From Eledone cirrhosa (taxonomy: Eukaryota): 64,000 bases of DNA. Where the stretch lies: assembly GCA_964016885.1 (NCBI GenBank), contig OZ024745.1, positions 103,912,001-103,976,000 of the forward strand, read 5' to 3'. Every line of letters starts with the position of its first letter. Position 1 is the first letter of the stretch. The notes beneath the pieces were generated by a model that was not told where the DNA came from, did not search any database, and saw nothing but the letters and a program-made list of their open reading frames with translations. Both the position numbers and the translations under genes were made by a program. Below, one piece after another: positions 39,474 through 53,292 of the stretch.

Positions 39474-40672
39474 TAAGGAAACTAATGAGAATCTAATTTG
39501 AAAAGTATTGTAGTTGTGGCAAATACAACAATTTTCAGTAAATATCTTTATAGGAAATATATTACACTGTGCTTGAGTGGACCAATAATACATAAAACTA
39601 CAACCTTTCTAATTTGCTAATTCACAAACTAAGTGATATACTTTTGCATCAATGTTCAAAGTGTGAGAGATTGTAGGTTTTACTGTAGCTTGAAAGGCAA
39701 ATAATTGATTTAGCATTCAAACTTCATAAAGTATTCCAAGTATTCCCAGTTATTATTCAGGAACATTTTTTAATTTATGTGTTCAAATTTAATACTGTTT
39801 AAGATAATTGTGAACAAATGATTTACATTATAAAATGCTAAATTAAATAATTCTTTTATAAATTCAGCTGAGCATATCCATCTATATGCTGAGTAGATGT
39901 TGTTTGTTTACTTGCAGTTTTATATTAAGCCAATGTTTATAAATAAATAATAAAATATAATTTTTCTGTTCAAGTGTAATTCTAAAGATATTTAATTTAA
40001 TTTCAATTTTCAGATAAAATAACAAAATAAAATGTGACAACAAGGATATCTGAGAGAAGTAAATGAAACTGCATGGGAGGTAATAAAGAAAGACTCTGGT
40101 AGATTTTTCAGAGTATCCTATCTAAAAGAATAAGAAAACTAAGATAAGATATTAATTCAAAAGGATCCTCCACAGAGACATTAGAAGTGCATAAACCTCA
40201 CAAAAATCCTTCTTTTTATTATAGGAGAATTGGCAGAGCATTTAGTGGTATTTAGTCACATCTCCTTATACCCAGAATTTAAAATCTCACCTAAGTAAAC
40301 TTTGTCTTTCATTTTTTCAGTTTTGAAAAAAAAATATTGGGAGAAGCTGTGTGAAGCCTTTGAATTACTCAACTGTCCCCAACAAATGTCTGACCTTGTA
40401 TCTACATTAGAAATCTGTATTATATAGTGTCAGTTGCTTACAAACTAACAATGTCAAAATTATATAACAAAAGATTTTCTTCAAGCAGAATTATATAAAC
40501 ATATTCAAATTATTATTTTCTTTTTAAAGGAAGACATAAAATTTATATTATCCTATATCAACAAAGAGGAATGAAATACAAAGTTGATATTAGAATACAG
40601 AATACAAAAATATGAGGTAGCTAAAGTCTAGCTCTTTAACTTCTGTATCAACTCCACTAGCTCAAAGATCAA

Positions 40673-40866
40673 TAACTGTTTCTAACATAGGCACAAAGCC
40701 AGTAATTTTGGGGTAGGGGGAAAGTTGATTAACTCTAGTACTTTATAGGTACTTTGTTTTATTGACTCCAGAATGATGAAAGGCAAAGCTGACCAGGGCG
40801 AGATTTGAACACTTAACTGCGAAGTAGTTTGTCCTATGCTCTAATGATTCTGCCAACCCACCACCC
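40673..40866 (-). mobile_element. tRNA-derived SINE (older, long form)
   Basis: GATGAAAGGCAAAG..GATTTGAAC; weaker copies at about 38760-38860, 40225-40400 and 42780-42955. Confidence 0.7.
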
Positions 40867-42400
40867 TAACTCAAATATTAATAATAATTATAATGAATTA
40901 TCACAATTGTACAAGGCCACAAATCTATAGTCATTTGATTAACCTTTGTGTATGACTGCTATTTTACCAATGTCAATGAGAGTTGAACTAAAAATGTAAA
41001 GGGATAATTAAATATTGTTAAATATTTAGCCTGATATTCTTAACATATTTTGCCAGATCCCACTCTAATAATAATTAGATGAAGAAAATCCCTTATAGAG
41101 TGATGGATATGATATCTCTTAAGAATACAAAATACATAAATATCAATTATTAGTTTTAGAATATTTGAATGGGTAAAAACTATACATAGCTTTATAAACA
41201 TGATGTTTCATCTCTAAATATAATTTTTTTTTTTCAATGTTTGATATTTTTCTTGGTTTATTTCTATTTTTAATTTAAAAGACGAAAAATATAATAGTTT
41301 TGTTTCATATTGTTTGAGTAAAATGGAAATACTTCAAAGAATTAATCACTAAGACAAAATGCTATTATAAGAGGATTCTAATTATGCATACATTAAACAT
41401 AAAACAAAATGAAAGCCAATGTTGCCTTTAGAATATCATTTAAATCATCATCTCTGATAAAGCTCTTCTTATTTCTTGTTCTTTCCTTTATATATAATAG
41501 AAATATTGTTTTTAATTCATGCAAAATGTTTTAGCTCCTTTCTAAAACAAAAAAAAAGAAAAGAAAAAAAAATCTTTTTTTCAAATGGTATTTTGAAAGA
41601 AATAGTAAAATTGGATTTATAGGAAAAGGTGATTAAAAATGTATTTCTGGAGGATACCATAGAAATCAAGAGTTTAAGTTAGCTCTACACCAGAACAAAT
41701 ATATAGGATATCAATCAATTCCATACTGAACTCTGCCAGAAAGAACAAAGAAACGGCTGTAAGCAAATCTCTTATTTGTGATGCAAATAATGTATTATAG
41801 AAAGCAACACATACGATCAAAATAAAATTAAATAAAAATACAAAACAAAAACATCACATAACTGGTTGTTTGTGAATATTCATATAATTTCTGTTGTTGT
41901 TAAATTGATGCAATTTCTCTTTTCCAATCAAATATTTGAAGAATTTATTTATATGTTAGATAAAACAATATGTAAAAAATAATAAATAAATAATATTTTG
42001 AATAAAGGAAAGTATTTAGAAAAAAAAAAAAATTCTATAGGATTATAAATAAATAACAATGCTTTTAGCCAGCTGTTCTCTTAACTTTTCTTTGATAAAG
42101 GTAGAACCTTTCTTAATAAGCTTCATTCATTCTTTGATGGCATTACATAAAAAAAAAATACATGGTTTTAAAGTGAAGAAAGATTGTTAGAAATATCAAA
42201 GTGGGGAAGACAACTGCAAAGTCAGCCTAAAAGTCTAAAATAATAATAATGATAATATTCATAGTACAGGAAATACCATGTAATCCCTTGTAAGAGTATT
42301 GTGTATATGTTTGTGACAAACAACTGCTAAACTCTTCATCTTTATCAGACAGACGGACAAAGAATTTAAAATAATATATATATATGTATGTTATATATAT

Positions 42401-42431
<31 letters not shown>

Positions 42432-42956
42432 TTATTATATATATATAAAGAGAGATTTCAGTAATGGGTGGTCCACATACAGCATAATCAAAATAAAAGG
42501 CTTGTTTTGCTTTGATTGTAAGTAGGTTCAAATCTCTATTGAATCAATAGTTTATTTTGTTTTTGTTTTTTTATTGCATTACTTTCCAGTATTTGTTTTT
42601 ACCGCCATAGCTAGCAGGCTACAGAGATTTCATTAGTAGGGCTTTTATTAAAATTGCCAACTGTCTTTCTTCTCACTCTTTGGTGACATTCAGCAATGCA
42701 AATGGTGCAAAAAAGGGATGAAAAGGGATGTCATAGACAACATGGGTAGAGTTGGGGTTATAATGATGGTAATTATATTATATTTCATTGGCACAGGACC
42801 TCAAATTTATACAGAAGGAGGATATAGTCAACTAAATCGACTCACAGTATATTGCTGGTATTTATTTCATTGATTTCAACTAAGAAGGTAAAAGGATGTA
42901 ACTAAATACCACAAGGTATTTAGTCTAGTACTCTACTGGTTCTGCTACTCCACCGC

Positions 42957-43040
42957 AATAATAATAATAATAATAATAATAATATTGATAATAATAATGT
43001 TAATAATAATAATAATAATAATAATATAGTAATAATAATA
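42957..43040. repeat. (AAT)n microsatellite
   Basis: Imperfect AAT run. Confidence 0.9.
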
Positions 43041-43646
43041 ACTTGAAGAAATCATTGTAAGAACAAGTGATATCTGTTGTTAAGTGTTGATCTACCTGTC
43101 TGCATGTGTGTGAGAGAGAGTGCGTGTGTGTGTAGTGAGAGAGAGAGAGTGTGTTTGTGTGTGGTGAGAGAGAGTGTGTTTGTGTGTGGTGAGAGAGAGA
43201 GAGAATGAGGGAGAGAAAGAGAGAAATACAATATATGTATGTGTAGTATGTAAAAAAAAAAAAGAGCAGGTGTATGTGCTTGTATGTACATGTGTGTGCA
43301 TAAAGAAAAGAAAAATTCTTTCGTCTTAAAAGGTGGCTGTCATTACATCTGGATGTATGTATGCATCAAGCACATATTTAGCTGTGGTTGTGTGTTTAGC
43401 AAAAGTATCATAGAGGTCTCAAGACACACACAAAAAAAGAAAGATTTTATCTCCCTACTCCTCTCACCAATTTGGTACATCTTAATGGCTGTTCCAAATT
43501 TTATTTGATAAAAAAAGATATGAAGCTTCAGGCTGATGTAACTACTAGTCACCATCCCTGCAATATATAAAGATTGTCTGTGCCTCATGTCTTTAGCTAT
43601 CAGGATACAGTGGTAGTAGTCACAGATATTGGCCAGCTGTCTCTTC

Positions 43647-43801
43647 TCATAATGCAAACAGGGGGCTGTCATCATCATCTTTCTGCAACTGGCGCCGAGG
43701 GTTGACAATCGGTGGCTGTGCTGTAGAACCAGCAGTACTTGCAGAAATTGTTGGTAAATTATCAGCAGCAGCTGCCCGCTCTTGAAGGAATTTGTCAAAC
43801 T
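43647..43801 (-). CDS. TOM1L2: TOM1L2 last coding exon
   Basis: ttacag|(E)[50 protein letters not shown]. Confidence 0.93.
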
Positions 43802-43817
43802 CTGTAAGAAAGGTGCA

Positions 43818-43848
<31 letters not shown>

Positions 43849-46800
43849 ACTTAATTTTAGGTTTAATCAATACATATAAAATATGTATAGATAATGTTTT
43901 TCAGTAAAAAGTTCAATAAACTTCTGTTCAGAGCATCAATAATATAATATAATTTTAAACTATATATTGAGATATATCAATTGAGAAACTAACATTTAAT
44001 ACATTTAATACATATATAGCAAATACAATTTTAGGTGTTAAATAAAAACATTACTCACATAATGATTTCATTATATTTAAATGGCCGTACTTCCATATAT
44101 ATATATATATATATATATGCAAAAAGAAAATGAATAAACAAAACAGAGAAACAATACAGTACAATGAAGATATATATTAGTTTAATGCTTGATATAATAA
44201 GAAAGCACCTCAATGTTTTGTACGTTAGACTTTCATCAAAAATAGAATGTGACATAGAAGAATAGAAAGACAGATTAGAAAGATAGCTTAGAGTAAGATA
44301 AGGAAGAAATGGAATACATACACATATATATGTGTAATGTAGTTGGTGTTAGGAAAGGCATCCAGCCATAGAAACCAAGCCAAAATACTAGTTTGTATAA
44401 GCCAGAGGTGATCTCCAGACCTGACTTGTCTCATAGCATGACAACCAACCTAACCCATGCAAGTAACTGTTTATTTTATCACAGCACTGCTCACAATATC
44501 CGATATCACCCCTCACCTTCCTTTCGGCACCCTATCAAATTTCAACACACTTATCATAAAACCATGACATAATTTCTCACCCTTTCCTCTCCCTACATCA
44601 GTCTCCTTTCAACCCCACCATATCTGTCATAATACACCCATGACACTATACTTGTCATCTTCCTCCCACCGATCATCGTTCCTACCCTATTACTTCTATC
44701 CCATCATGCTTCTCTCCAACCTAAAGGCTAGGGAGGACCCTTCAATCACAACATAACAACCTCTCTAGTGCCATGAAAAATTTACCTAGCACACCCTGTA
44801 AAGTGGTTGGTGATAGGAAGGGCATTGAGCTGTAGAAACCAGGCCAAAAGGAATAAAGAGGAACCCTCAGTTGTGTCAAGGGCACAATAACCTCTCTAGT
44901 GTTGATATGAACATGATAAAATACACCCAGTACACCCTGTGAAGTTGTTGGTGATAGGAAGGTTATCCAGTTGTAGAAAACTTGCCTACCAAAGAGTTGA
45001 AAAGACTCTTTGGTAGTATCAAAGATATGACAACCTCCCTAGTGCTGGAGTCACAATAAAATGCACTTGTTGAAGCCTTGTTAGTTGGGAAAATGGATGT
45101 TAAATGATGACGATGATGTACATATGTCTGAGGAATACTCAGCCACTTACATGCTAATTTAATGAGTAGGCTGTTGTATTGTCTGAACAACTGGATCAAG
45201 TACGCTGTTATATTGTCTGAAGGATTGGATCAAGTAGGTTGTTCTATTGTCTGAACAACTGGATCAAGTAGGCTGTTCTATTATCTGAACAACTGGATCA
45301 AGCAGCCTGTTATATTATCTGAACAACTGGATCAAGTAATCTGTTCTATTATCTGGACAACTGGAACAAGTAGGCTGTTGTATTATCTAAACAACTGGAG
45401 CATTCATTGTAAAAAACAAGAGAGGTTCATTTAGCAGTTTAGAAGTGATCTTAGAGTAATGGCTGCAACAGGTCTAAATGGCTAAAAATAATTACCACTC
45501 CCATTTCATAGTTGATACACTAGCTACAATAATTTATTCATAAATATTCAAATTTGAAATCCTGCTAACATGGACTAACATGGAATAGAGATGATAGAAA
45601 GAGAAAAAATTCCTTTGAATCTCAAACTTAAGGAATTAGGGGGGGGGGGGGGGGGGAGAAAATAGAAAAATAAATTTAATCTAGGGAATAAGAATTAAGT
45701 GTGTATTTTTATATCAACCATATGTCTACTAAGGACTAAAATGGCTCTAAAAAAATAGAAAACAAAATAAATAAGTAAAAATGTAAACTCCAGAACTCTT
45801 TCATATGAACTATAAAAATTTAACACATAAGAAAAATTGTCAACTAACCTGAACTGCTTATAGATTCTGTACCTTGTCCATCCTAGAAATGGTAGCAAAG
45901 GATATATGAATGTACATTACATTTATGTATTTATATATTGTCATTCTTTTAAAAAATTGCATTTTTCAGTTACAACACAGTACTAAAACTATATTGAAAA
46001 TATAAAAGGATTTTAATTGTTAGCAAAAGACAGAATTTGTTAAAAACATTATACATAAACCCTTTAGCATTTATATTATTCTATATTTACTACTGTATAT
46101 TCACAGTAAAGACTTTAGCTTACATAATTATCTCACGTAATATCGAATCTATGAGATTTTCATGTTATTTATTTTGAGAACAACACCTTAATGTAGGTAT
46201 GAGTGGCCAGTTAGAACCAGTTTGAACAGAAAGAGGCGAGAGAGTTCTGGCTGGATATGGCCGGTTTAAATGCTAAAGGGTTAAACATTTCAGACATGTC
46301 ATGTAGTAGTTCAAGTCTATTAGTAGTGGTTACTTATTATTATTATTATTATTTATCAAAGATAGGAAAACCCAGAGTATCGTGTTAGAATCACACTGAA
46401 GTGTATTACAGCTAACAGAATAATAGTAACATAGATTACAAGAGATACAGATTGAAAAAAGAATTGAAATAAAGTTGTTGAGTGTAAGACAGAAATTATT
46501 AGTCCCTTAGATGTTAAAGTCAGAAAATGACATTGGTTTAGCAACCTGCAGTATATGAATAAGAACAGAAGGTTAAAGAAAGTGTTCTATTACTTTGTCA
46601 GTAACACCAATTTTCAGGGAGATCTGCTATATAGACAACAGAGTCTGTTTTCTGAAGAATCTCCACATTGACAAGATGATTATAAAAGGAAGCTATAACC
46701 AACTTAACTTCATCTTGATGGTATTTAACCCATGTAGATGAGGGAAGAATGACAGAAAACTATATAGCTGTAATAGTAGTAAGCAGATTCTAAAGGAATT

Positions 46801-49800
46801 GGGTATTAATACCCAATATTCTGTAGGTTAAATATTTGAAAGCAGCTTAGTTGAATTAAAATTTTTTTTAACTATATTTACCTCACAAAATAACAACAAA
46901 GACAAATGAGGTTAATGTTGGTCAATTACAAATGAATCAGGTATTTTAGTAGAGAACTGTATAGTTGCTGCTTTACTCATTTCTAGGAATCCAGAGGTGA
47001 AATGTTTTATAAATGTTTTGACTCAGCTAAAAGGTTATGTTACTGTATCATTGTATTTATCTTAATTTATTTATTGTTTAATAACAAATGGCATAGTCAA
47101 TAGATTTGTTAATACAACTTCAAAACGACTTCAGTGGTGTTCACATATATAATCTCATACACGTATTATTTCATAATTATGCAGATAATTTAAATAAAAT
47201 CTATGTTCAATGAAACATGTGAATGTATCATACAATTAAGCATTATACAAATAAATTACTCATGTTCACAAAAAGACTATGTTTAATGTTAGCCAGTTCA
47301 AAATTTTCTAAATATTCAATATATTTTCTTTTTCTGGTTTCAGTCATCAGACTATAGCCATGTTAATCAGACTGAACATGAAGAAAATATCATGCACGGA
47401 AAAATCAGAAAAAAGGCTTACATTGGCTAACCACTGTGCCATTTCCTTCAAGTCTTCTTCCTTATCAGACAGCTAAGGAAATAAAAATATCATGTCAGAA
47501 ATTTAAAGAATATAGAATAGAGTTAGAGGCGAAATGTCTAAGAAAAGTTGTTATTAAGGTTATAACTATTAACATCATATTTAGAGTATATATTTACAAC
47601 ATTAACAGCCATACTACATTTCAATAAGTTTCATCTCCAATTGACATCAAGTATCTTATACCTTGATGTGTATATAGTAATGAATGGATTTGAACCACAG
47701 AAACCTTTATGCAGTTTCGTGTTAAAGGGTGTTGTTATTACACTTAGTTTGAATGCAGTTATGTACACAGTAATGACAATCGGAGAGCAAATTTATCAAA
47801 AGGTAGTTTAGATGTAAATACTCATTGTAAAGATGAGGAAAATAGTTTGGAAAATTATATAATATAGTTAGGTAGTTACAGAGAGTAATAATATTAGTAG
47901 AAAGTAACTAGAAAGGCAGTTAATACATTAAAAGCTGATTTATGTTATAAATAAATGTATTCAAAAGCAGAAGAGAGAGAGAGAGAGCGAAAACAGTATA
48001 GAAGGTGAAATAGACTAAAGAAAGAAAAAACTATATATAAATAAGTCAGTAATTTGTGGGGAGGGGAAAGTTGATTATATTAACCCCAATACTTTACTGG
48101 TTATTTTATTTTATTGACCCTGGAAGGGTGAATGTCAAAGTTTTGGCAGGAGGATGCAGCACAATTGAATTGATCTTTAGTACTTGACTGCTACTTATTT
48201 TATCGACTCCTGAAGGATGAAAGGTGAAGATGACCCCAGTAGGTTATGAAGTCTGAATGTTAAAGTACATGTGTAAGATATTCTGCCCAATGCTCAATTA
48301 ATTTTAACACTCACTGACCTAGTAATAATGGCTTCTGATTTAAACACAATGCCAACAATTTTTTGGGGGGAGGTCGATTAAATCGACCCCAGTGCATTAC
48401 TGGTACTTTATTTTATTGACCCCGTAAGGATGAAAGATAAAGCAAACCTCATTGGGATTTGAACTCAGAATGTAAAGGGCTGCAACTATATGCCGCAAAG
48501 CATGTTGTCCAACACTCAACTGATACTAGCAATCTACCGCCATAGTAATCTAAACTATAATAAAGTAAGGAGCGTGTACGGTTTATAATTTTTTATCCCC
48601 TTAGTAAAATAAGTTGGATTACTTTGAATAAATAATGAATGAATATTACATAATTTATCTACTAAATTTCGTGGCTGTTCATTAAATATATTTTATTATT
48701 TATTTAAAGATTCACTTCTTTAAAATTTTCAAATGTCAACACTTCCGGTGGCAATTGCTTAAATAAATACTCATATATTTCCGTCACTAATTTTCTCCTA
48801 ATGCAGTTTATATATAATATCGTCTTTTTTTTAATGTATCATGGATTACTTTGCTGATTAAATAAGACAGTGTAACACAGTCTTCGTTCAATTTCTGTGT
48901 ATATTGTCAATTATGATTTTATTTGATGTATCATATCTACATGTATATATACTTGCGTAAAATATCAATATACACACTACACATACTAGCAGAAAACCAC
49001 CCGAAAGGTGGTTTTTCTGCTAGTAATAATCATTTTCTTAAGCACAACAACATTAATGGAAATTTATGATGAAATTTAAATATAGCATAATTAAAACCAG
49101 GTTATAAATTCCTTCATCACACTGCTGGACTTATTACCATTATGGATGCTCCAGATATAAAGGATGGAGATGTTGTGTTGTTAATGCATAGCTTAAGAAA
49201 ATCATTTTTATTTTCCCGAAAACTTGCTACATCACAGTACACACTGACAACAAGGCTTTAGGGAAGAACAAGGAAATACATTGCATGAAATAACAAGATG
49301 TGCTCACTGCAACAATGTGTGATCTCATCTAACTTGCTATATACAAAATCAATAACAACTGCCTCTGGTAAAACCAATGATAAATTATATTTAAAAAAAA
49401 CAAATAAAATAAGATAAAGATAATGAAAAATCTTTGGTTTAATCATACAAAATATAGGCAAATGGTTTATTTAGAAAATAATTAAAAAAAAAAAAAGTTT
49501 TCCTGAAATATTCCTGACCAACTCATGTCACTACAGAGAAACAGAAAATGATGTGGAAACAACAATCAATATAATTGCAATAAATCATTCAATAAGAGTC
49601 TTTGGTAAACACACCAGGTAGACATGTGTGACTAGACATATGTGACTAGACACGTGTGGTGAAGAAACATTCAAAATAAATATATCAGTGAAAAATTAAC
49701 TTACTTGCCATGCAGCCAGCTTTATAGTCATATGTATATCATCATGATCATACACATGTATCTGTGTGTATGTATATATATATACATATATATATATGCT

Positions 49801-50465
49801 AAATTTCAGCCCGGAGCATATCAATGAATTGAAACAACAGAAGTAAGCTTTATTTCATCTTTGTTTTTTTCTGTTCAAATTCTAGCTGTCTAATGAGGTC
49901 ATAGCTGTTGTATAACGGTTATCACCGAAATATATATAACAGCAACTATGAATAAACAAAGTTAATTTTAACCTGTTGACTTGAACTTCATGTTTATACA
50001 TATGTGTGTGTGTGTGTGTGTGTGATGTGATGTGCACAGATGTTAGGGTGCTGTGCTATTCTCACAATTGTAAGGTCATGACTTTGATTCTAGGTCCAAA
50101 GGGTTTATTGTGTCTTTCAGCAAGACACTTTATTTCACATTGCTTCAGTCAACTCAGTTAGTAAAAGTGAGTGGTACTTGTAATGCAAGGAGTCAGCTTT
50201 GTCACACATTGTGTCATGCTGAATCACCCTGAGGTGTACATGTCTGCAGAATGCTCAACCACTTGCATTTTAATTTCACAAGCAAGCACTTCCATTGATT
50301 GAATCAATTAGAGCACTCATAATCAGAAATGACTGAGGTCCAACAACAACAACAACAACACAACATCTGTGTGTAGGTATAAACATATATAACTATAATG
50401 CTGGCTGATATATGTAAATGCATATATATATATATAAAGTATATATATATATATATATATATAAA

Positions 50466-50518
<53 letters not shown>

Positions 50519-50539
50519 ATATATATATATATATATAAA

Positions 50540-50583
<44 letters not shown>

Positions 50584-50586
50584 TTG

Positions 50587-50618
<32 letters not shown>

Positions 50619-50620
50619 CT

Positions 50621-50655
<35 letters not shown>

Positions 50656-53211
50656 TTGTATATATATATATATATGAACCAAAGTGAAGGACTCCAAAAT
50701 ACTTGGCAAGAACAATGAAAGATAGGACAAACAACCTGGCAACTGATAACCATCTTCACAAAGGAGAAACGAGATTGCTGCTAAGAGAGTGACATGATAA
50801 GTAAAACACTGTAAATCAAATAAGCATGCCACAAAGTAGAGAGGTACAGCACAAGAGATAGATAGATAGAGAGTGTATGTATATACATAGAGATAAATAT
50901 ATTGCTGTATAGAAATAAATAGGTTACAGATGATCCCAATAGGATTTGTGTAACATATATTTGTCCAATGATTAATTTTGCCCGAGTAATAATAATTATT
51001 TCTACTTTAGGCACAATGGCCAGCAATTTGAAGGGTAGGGGAAAGTTGATTAAATCGATCCCAGTGCGTGACTGGTACTTTATTTATCAACCCTGTAAGG
51101 ATGAAAGGCAAAGTTAACCTTAGCGACATTTTAACTCAGAACATAAAGGGCTGTAATAATAAGGGTACATGTATACAGCTATTAAAACAATGGATAAGTC
51201 AGATAGAAAGAGATTGATATATTGAAAGAAGAAGATAGATAGGGAGAGAAAGAAAGAAATGTAATGTAGAGAAATGAAACCAGTGCTTATGCTAAGACCA
51301 GTTTCAAGAGAATTGATTCCATATGTTCATTTACATTTTCAGAGGGTATTTTTGACTTGAAAGACTATTATTAGTGATGCAGAGAATGTGGTTTGCTGTG
51401 CAGGTGAGAACTGACGCCAATAGGCTGCAAGGCAACCCAGTATCCAGACATGAAAGGATCAACAAAGTTCAAGAAAATATTCTCTTTACTTTAACCCTTT
51501 CACTAACATATTTCTAATGAAATACACAGCCAATGGTTTTGAATCAAGTTTTTAAATAATCAAGAATTTTGAGTAATTTAGTCAAATAACTAACTTTCTC
51601 ATTGTTAAAATGGTGTTTAGAGCAAAGCATAACAAAGATTCTTACATAAAAGTTATGATGGGAAGTTTTTAGATAAATATTAAAATAAACAGCTTTATAT
51701 CATAGAACCAGGGGTAGTTTAGTATCAAAAGCGTTATGAATGAAAAACACGACTTTATATAGAATTTATATTAAGAAAAATATAAGTTATAATTAGAAAA
51801 GAAAAATCTCTTTGAAATGAGCTTAGTATATATGAACTTGTGTATATAAAAAAAGTTTCATTATTTTGCTATTTTTAATATTTAAAATTCTTCCTAATAA
51901 GGAAAAGAATTTTTGATGAAAATTAGACACTGGAAAGGAAAATAAAATTTTATTCAGTTCAGAACTTTAGAAAATGGAAAACTAAATAGTTTTGTTAAAA
52001 TAAATTTGAAACATTTGAAAAATGATAAACACAAGTTCATCAAGACACCTTGATTAACTCTTAGAGCATTTATGGTTATGTAAGTGTGATGTATATATGA
52101 TATGATAAAAGATGATAGCTACTTGTAAGAATTGCCTTTTTTGTTAGCTCTACAGTTAGTCATAGAATCACCTAAATATTGTCTTTTTGGTTACAGACAG
52201 TCAACAGAGTGATCTAAATATTACCTTTTGTTGGCTCCTCAGACAGTCGCAGAGTCACCAAAATGGTGAAACTTATAAGTAATTGTCATCTTTTATGATA
52301 TAAATATCATCATCATCGTTTAACGTCCATTTTCTACGCTAGCATGGGTCTGGACGGGAATTGTCCCACTTGAGGCAAGATTGGTTGTCTTGCTCAGGAC
52401 TGTCTGGCGGGTTTTCTACAACTGGATGCCCTTCCTAACACCAACCACGTTTACAGTGTGGACTGGGAGGTTTTTACCGTGTTACCTACACGGCCACATT
52501 ACAGCGTGGACTGTGTTTTTGTCGTGACACCTACACGACCTCATTTATTTAAGACTGGATGTTGTGGTACCAACATAGCTTTACATCGAAAGGGGTGGTG
52601 TAGATGGCGGTGGGGGGTAGGGTTAGTGGGACGGGGTTGTATTTTGGTTAAGAGGTGCCTACTGACTGTAGGTTTCGCTTTGTACTTAGGCAAGGCGGGT
52701 CTTCTGTATTACTACGTAGCGCCAAAGATCTTGGTCCAGTGACATTGTCTTGGAGAAGTGTAAGTGTGTGAGGTCGGATTTTATCAAGTCGTCCCAGGTT
52801 TTTCTGGGTCTGCCTACTCCATCGCTACCGTCTATTTTGATCGTCCTGCACTTTTTTATACAGCTGTCGTCTTTCATGCGCATCACGTGACCATACCAAC
52901 GTAGTCTTCTCTCGAGTAAACAGCATCTGATCTCTCTTATTCCTAATTTCTCACTTAGTTCACTTATGCTTTGCCGTTCGCGTATATTACTATTACACAT
53001 CCAATGGAGCATGCACGCTTCGTTCCTCTCCAGTCTGCATAGATCCTCTGCACACAAGGCCCATGTCTCACTGCCATGTAACATCGCTGTTCGTATGCAG
53101 GCATCATACAGCCTGCCTTTTATTAATATATATTCGACTCTAAATTTTACATAGAGTTCTATATCAGATAATGTTTACCAATATAAGATACACAACTATA
53201 CAACTACAGTA

Positions 53212-53292
<81 letters not shown>

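Noticed and set aside
43343-43870. 175-aa ORF as a gene
   Set aside because: It overlaps the real TOM1L2 last exon in a different frame and starts in intronic TA-rich sequence.
45639-45656. G18 run as a functional G-quadruplex
   Set aside because: Isolated homopolymer with no supporting context; the pre-mRNA carries the C strand.
46507-46580. Strong minus-strand acceptor CTGCAG|GTTGCT as an exon or recursive splice site
   Set aside because: No in-frame donor before a stop 12 codons later, and the intron is short; unsupported without RNA data.
49705-49719. 15-nt microexon LAAWQ
   Set aside because: Strong donor (CAA|GTAAGT) but an AAG acceptor with no pyrimidine tract.
50304-50832. Long YIYI ORFs (also 6933-7241 and 12931-13176)
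   Set aside because: (TA)n microsatellite artefacts.
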